64,000 nucleotides of DNA from an uncultured Spirochaetota bacterium (GTDB taxonomy: Bacteria; Spirochaetota; Brevinematia; Brevinematales; JAOACQ01), in assembly GCA_963768055.1 (NCBI GenBank), contig CAVYGN010000002.1, positions 992,001 through 1,056,000 on the forward strand. Reading direction: 5' to 3'. This document shows, one piece after another, positions 19,687-28,064 of this stretch. The notes under the pieces were generated by a model. That model saw only the letters and a program-made list of their open reading frames with translations, was not told the DNA's origin and searched no databases. Position 1 is the first letter of the stretch. Each line of letters opens with the position of its first letter. The translations under genes and the position numbers were made by a program.

Positions 19687-20631
19687 TCAAATATAATAAC
19701 CCCCGCTCTTTTTTAAAATACCTGCATAGAAATTGACCCCTTCTTCAAGGGAGGTAAATTTACCGGAGTAACCGGATTTTCTTAGCAGGGTAAGGTCCGC
19801 CCTTGTGAAAGCCTGGTATTTTCCTTTTAAGTTTTCAGGGAATGGGATAAACTCCAGGTTGCTATCTGAAAACGAGGTTTTCATAATATTGGCTATCTTG
19901 AGGAAACTTTCAGCGTTTCCGGTCCCGCAGTTGAATATTCCATTCTTTGACGGATTTTTTAAAAAAAACAGGTTAACTTCGACAACATCGCCGACGAAAA
20001 TAAAATCTCTTAAGAATCCATCGCTGCCTTCGAAAAGCCTCATTTTTCCTTCTGTTTGAATTTCCTCGTAAAAATGACAGATCACGCTGGACATTTTGCC
20101 TTTATGGTTTTCCTGAGGACCGTAGACATTAAAATAACGAAGGCCGACTACCTGTGTTCTGATCCCCGGAAGAATCTTCCTGACATATTGATCGAAAAGA
20201 TACTTGGAAAAAGCATAAATATTAAGGGGATATTCGCAGCGGCGCTCTTCGTTAAAACCCCTTGACCCGTCTCCATAAACGGAGGCTGAAGAGGCGTAAA
20301 TAAAGGGTATTTTATTATCAAGACAAAAATGAAGCAGTTTTTTTGAATAGCCGTAATTGTTATCCATCATATAGCGGCCATCTTTTTCCATGGTATCGGA
20401 ACAGGCCCCCAGGTGGAAAACCGCTTTAATTCCCGATTTATTAAAACTGTCAAGAGTAGAAATAAAATCCAGCCTGTCGATATAATCTGAAAAATAGAGA
20501 CTGTTCAGGTTTTTGTGTTTTTCACCGTTTAAAAGGTCGTCAACTATAAGGATATCGTTTTCCGATATCGCGTTAAGCCCTTTAACCAGATTACTGCCTA
20601 TGAACCCGGCCCCTCCAGTTACTACGATCAT
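19687..20631 (-). CDS. hldD: ADP-L-glycero-D-manno-heptose 6-epimerase
   Basis: MIVVTGGAGFIGSN, FHLGACSDT, YASSA, RYFNVYGP, KYQAFTRAD. Confidence 0.95.
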   Translation of the reverse strand: MIVVTGGAGFIGSNLVKGLNAISENDILIVDDLLNGEKHKNLNSLYFSDYIDRLDFISTLDSFNKSGIKAVFHLGACSDTMEKDGRYMMDNNYGYSKKLLHFCLDNKIPFIYASSASVYGDGSRGFNEERRCEYPLNIYAFSKYLFDQYVRKILPGIRTQVVGLRYFNVYGPQENHKGKMSSVICHFYEEIQTEGKMRLFEGSDGFLRDFIFVGDVVEVNLFFLKNPSKNGIFNCGTGNAESFLKIANIMKTSFSDSNLEFIPFPENLKGKYQAFTRADLTLLRKSGYSGKFTSLEEGVNFYAGILKKSGGYYI

Positions 20632-22046
20632 ATTTTTTCCGCTCCCATTTTTTTTATAGTCGCCGTTGTCGAGTATCCTTCCAGGTATGGAATTACGGCT
20701 GTTCTTCCGGCGAATTTCCTACCGACGATTTCCTCTTCCTTGTAATCGCCGCCCTTGACAAGAATGTCCGGTCTGATTGTGCGGATAAGGTCCAGAGGGG
20801 TCTTTTCGCTGAAAAGGACAATATAATCGATAAATTCCAGGGCCGATAAAACCTCTGCGCGGTCCCTTTCATTGTTAAACGGTCTGCCCGTGCCCTTGTT
20901 CAGCCCGATGGAAGAATCGGTGTTCAGCCCGATTATGAGCGAGTCGCCCATCTCTTTGGCTTTACGGAGATATTCGATATGGCCTCTGTGTATAATGTCG
21001 AAGCAACCGTTTGTGAAAACTATAGTCTTGCCTTCCTTTTTAAGGCTTTCGGCAACAGCGCCGATTCTATCCATCCCGACGATCTTGCCTTCCTCCCTAT
21101 CTTCGAAAGAATTCAACAGTTCATCCTTCTCTATCGGGTTGGTTCCGAATTTTCCGATGACTATACCCGCGGCTTTATTGGAAAGTTTGACTGCATCCAG
21201 GAGGTCCATTCCGCCGGCTATTCCAAGAGTGACTGTCGCTATAGCGGTATCCCCGGCCCCGGAAACATCGTAAACTTTCCTTGCCTCAGTCTGGATATGA
21301 AAAGCGTCTTTTTTTCCGATAAGGCTCATGCCTTTTTCAGACCTTGTGACCAGAAGGCAACCGAAGGAATATTTTCTCAATATTTCCCTTCCGCATTCCT
21401 CGATTTCAGAGTCCTCGTTTTTGATGTCTGCCGAACAAATTTCGCTCAGTTCTTTTAAATTCGGGCTTATTATAAATGCACCGGAATACTTGCGCCAATC
21501 ACTGCCTTTAGGGTCTATTATTACACGCTTATTGTGCCTGTCGGCAAGGCTGATGGCGCCTCTGCAGAGAGAATCGGAACAAAATCCTTTGGCGTAATCG
21601 GAAATAATAACCGCGCTGGACCTGTCAAGGGATTGTTCAACAAGCTCAAGCGCCTGTTCTGCAGTCTTTTCATTTATTTCGGCCCGTTTTTCAAAATCCA
21701 GCCTGACAATCTGCTGGTGTTCGCCGATGACCCGCATTTTTGTTACTGTAGGGCCCTCAGTTTTTATAAGGCTGCTCGCCATTTTCTTTTTTCTTAAAAT
21801 TTCAGAAAGCATTTTTCCGTTCTGATCGCCGCCTATAGTACCAATTAATATAGGCAAAGCCCCCAGCCGGGATATATTATAAGCCACATTGGCCGCACCG
21901 CCGGGAGTGTAAACGCAGTCTTCAACTTTGACGACCGGGACAGGGGCTTCAGGGGAAATCCGGCTGACCCGCCCGTAGTAATATTGATCAAGCATCACGT
22001 CTCCGATCACAAGTATGGCCGTTCCGGTAAAATCGGGTATTTTCAT
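20628..22046 (-). CDS. hldE: Bifunctional heptose-7-phosphate kinase / heptose-1-phosphate adenylyltransferase
   Basis: GDVMLD, RISPEAPVPV, DVSGAGDT; FTNGCFDIIHRGH, KGGDY. Confidence 0.95.
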   Translation of the reverse strand: MKIPDFTGTAILVIGDVMLDQYYYGRVSRISPEAPVPVVKVEDCVYTPGGAANVAYNISRLGALPILIGTIGGDQNGKMLSEILRKKKMASSLIKTEGPTVTKMRVIGEHQQIVRLDFEKRAEINEKTAEQALELVEQSLDRSSAVIISDYAKGFCSDSLCRGAISLADRHNKRVIIDPKGSDWRKYSGAFIISPNLKELSEICSADIKNEDSEIEECGREILRKYSFGCLLVTRSEKGMSLIGKKDAFHIQTEARKVYDVSGAGDTAIATVTLGIAGGMDLLDAVKLSNKAAGIVIGKFGTNPIEKDELLNSFEDREEGKIVGMDRIGAVAESLKKEGKTIVFTNGCFDIIHRGHIEYLRKAKEMGDSLIIGLNTDSSIGLNKGTGRPFNNERDRAEVLSALEFIDYIVLFSEKTPLDLIRTIRPDILVKGGDYKEEEIVGRKFAGRTAVIPYLEGYSTTATIKKMGAEKI

Positions 22047-22103
22047 CTATTTTCCCGCTTATTATAGACTCGAAAGAATTATAATAACCTGACCCGCCTT
22101 CTG

Positions 22104-23243
22104 TCAAATTATTAATTCGGAGAGAATATTGACATTAAAATCCATGCATGTCATATCATCACACCCTGTTTCGCATGGTTCGCATGGCCTGTCGAGAGAG
22201 AGTATGTTAATATTTCTCCCCAGGGGACGCCATTGATTATGGTCGCCCATCCCGCAGAAAAACACTATTGTTTTAACGCCGCTCCAACCCGCTATATGCG
22301 AACTCAGGCTGTCAACGGTAATGATCATTGAGGATTTTTTAAAAAACAGGGCCAGTCGTGGGATAGTCCATATACCGGCGGAGATAAACGCGGAGTTTGA
22401 AGCTATATCCTTTAACAGCCACGCCTCCCCGGCGCTCCCTGTCAGAATTACTTTGTAGCCTTTCAACATAAGTATCTTGATCACGTTTTTCCATTGATCC
22501 TTTGTAAGTGTCTTTTTCATAATGCCGGCTCCGGGGTGCACTATAGCTGTTTTATCAAATGATGAAAAATTCTCTTTCCAATAAGAATCAACTGAGGTTT
22601 CATCCTCAACGGAAGGGTAGATTCCGTAAGAAAGGTCTTCCGGTTCTGCGGCTATACCCAGAGGGCGGAGGACCTCGAGGAAATGGCTTGTTTCATGCAG
22701 ACCCTTTTCCCAGCCTGCTTCAAAAGAGAGCAGGGGTCCGAAACCGGCGGTGCCATGACCGATAGAGTATGCAATTTTACCCAGGAGGGCAAGGTAAATC
22801 ATATTTCCGCGCCTGGAGCGCATAAAAAGACCGAGGTCGTATTTCTCCCTTCTGATCTTACGCAGAGCAGGAAAAAGAGTATTGAAATAAATCAAAATTT
22901 TTTTTATCCTTCCCGGTGTTTCTCTGTTCGTGGATGAATTATTGATTATATATATTTTGCGGATATGAGGATTGTTTTCAAGGACAGTCATTGACCAGGC
23001 GCCGCAAACAATGTCTATAATCGCATCGGGAAATCTATTGCTGATAAGGCCTAAAACGCTTGTAAGAAGGAGCATATCGCCCATATGATCGGGTTTTATA
23101 ATGAGGATTTTCAGAATCCTCGACGGCATACTTTTCTTTTTACGGAAGGAAAATGCCTTCAAGACTGTGTCGATAATGGTTAAAATGAGCCTGTTGCTCT
23201 TTTTTTTTGATAAGTAATGAGTATTCCGGCATGTGCAGTTCAT
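22104..23243 (-). CDS. Glycosyltransferase family 9 (heptosyltransferase-like)
   Basis: HMGDMLL, HPGAG, TVDS..SHIA, C-terminal PCEPC...C...C. Confidence 0.88.
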   Translation of the reverse strand: MNCTCRNTHYLSKKKSNRLILTIIDTVLKAFSFRKKKSMPSRILKILIIKPDHMGDMLLLTSVLGLISNRFPDAIIDIVCGAWSMTVLENNPHIRKIYIINNSSTNRETPGRIKKILIYFNTLFPALRKIRREKYDLGLFMRSRRGNMIYLALLGKIAYSIGHGTAGFGPLLSFEAGWEKGLHETSHFLEVLRPLGIAAEPEDLSYGIYPSVEDETSVDSYWKENFSSFDKTAIVHPGAGIMKKTLTKDQWKNVIKILMLKGYKVILTGSAGEAWLLKDIASNSAFISAGIWTIPRLALFFKKSSMIITVDSLSSHIAGWSGVKTIVFFCGMGDHNQWRPLGRNINILSLDRPCEPCETGCDDMTCMDFNVNILSELII

Positions 23244-23490
23244 AATTTTTGAAGCTCCGATATTATAAGACGGATTTTATATTAGCATAAAATCGGGCAT
23301 AGGTAAAATTTTACGATTATTATCATTAATCCGGGCTGCTTCGCCTGTAGATAAAGTTTATTTAATATCTTTTATGTGCTATAATATCCGGATCATTATT
23401 GAGATTGCCATAGGTTCGGGCACTGATATTATATCGGAATTATTCGGCAGTTGCAGTGAATAAATAATAAGGAATAAAAAGGAATAATGA

Positions 23491-24546
23491 ATGAAAATTG
23501 TACTAAGTTTATTAATCGCTGCTGAAATATCCGCGATAGCGGCGTGCCAGGGGAGAATATTCGGTGAAGACACTTTAACTTTAAAAGCTACGGGGGACAT
23601 AGTGCCTTACTCAAATTATCCCCCCGGAAAATTTGTCCGTCCGGCATCGATAACGAATCTGCTTGACGCCGCAATACCTTATTTAAGCGGCGCAGACATT
23701 GTAGTCGGAAATTTCGAAGGCCCCATCACCGTTTACCAGCACTCGAGCAAGGACATGACTAAGAGCAAATACCTTATAGCCTTCAGATATCCTCCCGTTG
23801 AAACCGAGGCCCTTATAAAAAGGGCAGGTTTTAATATTGCTCATATAGCCAATAATCATGACCTTGACTTCGGTATTGTCGGAATGGACAATACCATTAT
23901 GGCCTTCAAGAAGGTCGGGGTCGATTGTGTAGGCCTGAAAGATGAAATATTATATAAAAAGCTTAATAATATCAGGGTCGCTGTAATAGGTTTTAACTAT
24001 GTAGGATGGGTCTATAACAGCATGTATGAGACTGATAACGCTTTGAAGCTTGTCGGAGAAGCGAAAACGAATGCTGATATCGTAGTCATTACAGTGCATG
24101 CCGGGGGCGAAGGCGCCGACCACTGCCATGTCACGAAAAAAGAGGAGATTTTCCTTGGGGAACACAGAGGGGATATCTATAATTTCAGCCATAAAATGAT
24201 CGATGCCGGGGCCGACTGCGTTATAGCGTTCAGCCCCCATGTACTCAGGGGTATGGAGATGTACAGGGGACATGTTATTGCTTATTCCCTGGGAAATTTT
24301 ATAGGCTATGGCGGTGAATCGAACCGTGAAGGGGTCCTTGCGAATTCTGCAATTCTTGTACTGAACATGACCGGAACCGGTGAATTTTTATCGGGCAGGA
24401 TCATTCCTATGAGGATAAGTGAGAACGGCATCCCTGTATATGACGATAAATACAGGAGTGTGGCTTTCATCAAGGGATTATCGGATGAGGATTTTCCCGA
24501 ATCCGGGATGGAGATCGATACAAACGGCGAATTTGTAAAAAAGTAA
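23491..24546 (+). CDS. CapA-family (PGA_cap) metallophosphoesterase-fold exported protein
   Basis: ATGDI, GNFEG, ANNHDLDFG, HAGGE, PHV, YSLGNF. Confidence 0.88.
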   Translation: MKIVLSLLIAAEISAIAACQGRIFGEDTLTLKATGDIVPYSNYPPGKFVRPASITNLLDAAIPYLSGADIVVGNFEGPITVYQHSSKDMTKSKYLIAFRYPPVETEALIKRAGFNIAHIANNHDLDFGIVGMDNTIMAFKKVGVDCVGLKDEILYKKLNNIRVAVIGFNYVGWVYNSMYETDNALKLVGEAKTNADIVVITVHAGGEGADHCHVTKKEEIFLGEHRGDIYNFSHKMIDAGADCVIAFSPHVLRGMEMYRGHVIAYSLGNFIGYGGESNREGVLANSAILVLNMTGTGEFLSGRIIPMRISENGIPVYDDKYRSVAFIKGLSDEDFPESGMEIDTNGEFVKK

Positions 24547-24621
24547 GGTGTTTGCCATCGTGGCTGATTTTAACTATTTTCTTATTAAATATTCGCAAAG
24601 CGCCTTTTTACCGGAGGTATT

Positions 24622-25416
24622 ATGCATCATTTAGGGTTGAAACTCTATTCCACGAACATAAATTATGTTAAGCCGGCACAGGATTTGTTCGATAAGGGCC
24701 TTTATCAATACATAGAGCTTTATACCGTACCTGGTTCTTTAAGGGAATTCGTTAAAATCTGGAAAGACATGCAAATACCGTTCAATATACATGCGCCGCA
24801 TAATAATGACGGCCTTAATTTCGCTATAAAAGAAAATGAAAAAATCAATAAGGCTCTTGCTGCTGAAGCTCTCAGGTTCGCCGATGCTTTAAAGGCTTCG
24901 GTGATAATATTTCATCCCGGTGTGAACGGGGATATCCGGGAAACTGCGAGGCAGATTATAGCTATAAACGATGAAAGGATTATTGTCGAGAACAAGCCTT
25001 ATTACGGTAGCGGTGAAAAACTTATCTGCAACGGCTCTTCGCCCGAAGAAATTCTTTATGTTATGAACGAGACCGGCTCCGGTTTCTGTCTGGATTTCGG
25101 CCATGCTATTTGTTCCGCGAACGCGCGCGACTATAATCCGGTTGAATACCTTGAGCGTTTCATCGAATTGAAACCGCGGATTTATCATTTTACCGACGGC
25201 GACTACACAGGGTTGTATGACAGGCATGATCATTATGGCGAGGGAAGCTTCCCGCTTGAACGTCTTGCCGGTATGATACCCCGAGGTTCTTATATAACAA
25301 ATGAATCGGCCAAGAATTCCGATCAAAATCTGGATGATTTCGCGGCTGATATCGGAATACTCAAAGGCTTATTATTGGGGGAGGGAATAATTGATATTAT
25401 TGATAACTCATATTAA
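24622..25416 (+). CDS. Xylose isomerase-like / AP endonuclease 2 TIM-barrel protein
   Basis: IHAPH, FHPG, VENKP, CLDFGHA, HFTD, DRH. Confidence 0.75.
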   Translation: MHHLGLKLYSTNINYVKPAQDLFDKGLYQYIELYTVPGSLREFVKIWKDMQIPFNIHAPHNNDGLNFAIKENEKINKALAAEALRFADALKASVIIFHPGVNGDIRETARQIIAINDERIIVENKPYYGSGEKLICNGSSPEEILYVMNETGSGFCLDFGHAICSANARDYNPVEYLERFIELKPRIYHFTDGDYTGLYDRHDHYGEGSFPLERLAGMIPRGSYITNESAKNSDQNLDDFAADIGILKGLLLGEGIIDIIDNSY

Positions 25417-25449
25417 AATAATTGTTAAAATTATTTTTTGGAGTTTTTT

Positions 25450-26451
25450 ATGTCCAGATCTTTAAAAAGAAAATTGTTAATTGTAGTTGTATTTTTAATC
25501 TTCAGTGCGTTGAATTATCTCTACGGCGGGAATGCAGTTGTTTTCATCTATGCGGCTGTATTGGCCCTTATGACTATTCTTCTGGAAAGTATGTTTTATT
25601 CCAAGAGAGGAATATTTCTTTATTCCCTGCTTGGATTGATAGCGGGTTTCTACAGCGGCAAATTAATGTATGAGCTTTTCAGCCAGATGATGCCTTCACT
25701 CTTCAAGGATCAGATAGGGCTGATAGCCGAGCAGGTCAAACCTTATTTTATACTGGCGTTTTCATACCTCGGATTTATACTTCCCACTCTTTCATCTCAA
25801 AAATACGGCGGATACGCCTTGAATTTTCCATTCGGCGGAGAGCCGGAAAAGAAAAATGACGATGTAAAACTGCTTGACACCAGCGTTATAATCGATGGAA
25901 GGATTGCCGATATAGCCGAAACCGGATTTATTTGCGGTACTCTTATCCTTCCAAAATTTGTTCTTAATGAAATACAGGCCCTGGCGGATTCAAAGGATCC
26001 TATCAAGAGGAGCAGGGCGAGGCGCGGATTGGATGTATTGAACAAGCTTAAAGAAATTCAAACTCTCGACATGAAGATATTTTCCAAGGATTATATGGAT
26101 ATTAAAGGGGTTGACGCGAAATTGATAGCACTGGCCAAAGAACTTTCCGCAAGCATAATAACCAATGATTATAACCTGAATAAAGTTGCAAAGCTTGACA
26201 GTATACAGATCTTGAATTTAAACGATCTTGCTAACGCAATGAAACCTGTCCTGCTTCCGGGTGAAGAAATGGAACTTGATGTTATAAAAGAAGGAAAAGA
26301 GAATAATCAGGGGGTCGGGTATCTTCCCGACGGGACGATGGTTGTCGTGGCTAACGGGATCAATTTTATCGGCAGAAAAATAAATGTGAAGGTCACCAGC
26401 ATACTCCAGACTTCGGCGGGCAGGATCATTTTTACCGAACCTAAGAGGTAG
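25450..26451 (+). CDS. PIN/TRAM domain membrane protein (YacL-like)
   Basis: Read directly on + (ATG TCC AGA TCT at 25450, TAG at 26449-26451); LLDTSVIIDGRI, RRGLD, TNDYNL, GYLPDGTMVVV; the ORF track strand label is wrong. Confidence 0.92.
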   Translation: MSRSLKRKLLIVVVFLIFSALNYLYGGNAVVFIYAAVLALMTILLESMFYSKRGIFLYSLLGLIAGFYSGKLMYELFSQMMPSLFKDQIGLIAEQVKPYFILAFSYLGFILPTLSSQKYGGYALNFPFGGEPEKKNDDVKLLDTSVIIDGRIADIAETGFICGTLILPKFVLNEIQALADSKDPIKRSRARRGLDVLNKLKEIQTLDMKIFSKDYMDIKGVDAKLIALAKELSASIITNDYNLNKVAKLDSIQILNLNDLANAMKPVLLPGEEMELDVIKEGKENNQGVGYLPDGTMVVVANGINFIGRKINVKVTSILQTSAGRIIFTEPKR

Positions 26452-26452
26452 C

Positions 26453-26917
26453 ATGCTGAAGATCGGTCTGGGTTACGATTTGCACCGTCTTGTTCACGGT
26501 AGAGCATTTATCCTGGGCGGCGTAATAATAAAAAGCCGCTTCGGGGCTGCGGCACATTCGGACGGTGACGCTTTTATCCATGCCCTTGTAGACTCCATTC
26601 TTTCGCCATTGGGCGCTCCGGATATCGGTGTGTTATACCCCGACAGCGACGACTCGATTAAAGGGATTAACAGTATCTCGATGCTGAAATGCGTGAGGGA
26701 TAATTACCTGCTTAATTGCAGGATTATCAATATCGACGGTGTAGTGATACTCGACAGTCCTAAGATTTACCCCTATATACCTGAAATGAGGAAAACGATT
26801 GCGGAAGTACTTGGTATTTCAAGCGACAGGATAGGAATTAAGGGTAAAACATCGGAGCATACGAGACCTTTCACAGTCGAATGCCATGTGGTTACCCTGC
26901 TTGATGGGGACTTTTAA
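26453..26917 (+). CDS. ispF: 2-C-methyl-D-erythritol 2,4-cyclodiphosphate synthase
   Basis: IGLGYDLH, HSDGD, DIG.LYPD, KGKTSE. Confidence 0.93.
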   Translation: MLKIGLGYDLHRLVHGRAFILGGVIIKSRFGAAAHSDGDAFIHALVDSILSPLGAPDIGVLYPDSDDSIKGINSISMLKCVRDNYLLNCRIINIDGVVILDSPKIYPYIPEMRKTIAEVLGISSDRIGIKGKTSEHTRPFTVECHVVTLLDGDF

Positions 26918-26928
26918 AGGAGGAAAAC

Positions 26929-28002
26929 GTGAGACAGAAAAAAGATAAAAAAAATATGACATTCAAGGAAAAATTGATAGATAATATCAATGTCTTCCTG
27001 TCGGCGTATGCGATAGCATTTGTGATCAGGCTATTCGCAGTCGAGGCATATCAGATACCATCGCAGTCAATGGTCCCGAGTCTTCTGGTAAAGGATATCC
27101 TGATGGTCGAAAAGGTTACGATGGGTTCACGGGTCCCGATCATTAACTGGAAAATACCGGGCCTTGTCAAGGCCGATAGAAACGACATTATCGTTTTCGT
27201 GACCCCGGCCTGGAAAAGCCCGGGGATTGACAGAGAGATCATTTCGCTTCTGTCCTTATCATTAATAAATCTCGATAACACTTTCGATAATCCTAAAAAC
27301 CTTGTAAAACGGCTCGTCGGCATACCGGGCGACAGGATATCGATGACGAACCAGACGCTTATGATTAACGGACAAACGGTGACAAAGGAACTCGTACGCT
27401 CTGCTGTCCCTGAAAGCAGTTATGAACAGCTTGTAAAAAGGCGCGAGAGGCTGTTTTTCGACCTTTACCAGGAAGAATTCATGGGCAAAAAAAGGATAAT
27501 CCAGCATATTTACGAGGGAATACCGGCGGCGAAGGATGATTATTTAGGCATATCCTCATTTAGAGGGGTTGCCGCTGATAATGAAGAAGCCTATTTTCAA
27601 AGCCAGAATGCCGCTTATATCAAGAGAACGGTACTTAATAACAATTTTTCCGAAATTTATGTGCCGAAAAAGGGTGATGTCATTACCTTTAAAGATAAAA
27701 ACGACTATTACAGGGGATTATTGAAACTGCTTGTAGAAAGAGAGTCCGGTAAAATCGTTATAATAACAAACGGCGCTTTTTATATCGATGGAAATGAACT
27801 TCAGAACTGGAAAATCAGGGATAATTATTATTTCTGCATGGGAGACGACAGGGACTTGAGCTATGACTGCCGTTATTTCGGTTTTATTCCCGAAAAAAAT
27901 ATTTTCGGGAAACCTCTCTTCCGGTATTGGCCTTTTACAAGGTTCGGATTCGGGGTCGATGAGAATTCAAATTCCGTAAAAAGCCACAATTTTGAAGACT
28001 AG
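26929..28002 (+). CDS. lepB: Signal peptidase I
   Basis: IPSQSMVPSL, VKRLVGIPGD, YFCMGDDRDLSYDCRYFG; AAGGAGG RBS. Confidence 0.92.
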   Translation: MRQKKDKKNMTFKEKLIDNINVFLSAYAIAFVIRLFAVEAYQIPSQSMVPSLLVKDILMVEKVTMGSRVPIINWKIPGLVKADRNDIIVFVTPAWKSPGIDREIISLLSLSLINLDNTFDNPKNLVKRLVGIPGDRISMTNQTLMINGQTVTKELVRSAVPESSYEQLVKRRERLFFDLYQEEFMGKKRIIQHIYEGIPAAKDDYLGISSFRGVAADNEEAYFQSQNAAYIKRTVLNNNFSEIYVPKKGDVITFKDKNDYYRGLLKLLVERESGKIVIITNGAFYIDGNELQNWKIRDNYYFCMGDDRDLSYDCRYFGFIPEKNIFGKPLFRYWPFTRFGFGVDENSNSVKSHNFED

Positions 28003-28064
28003 ATCCGGTATTAAATTTCCTTTTCCATTTTGTCAGACTAATATATTATTGAGGTTATATATTT

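Noticed and set aside
25438..26451. Minus-strand label in the ORF track
   Set aside because: The listed protein reads from the + strand of the given sequence.
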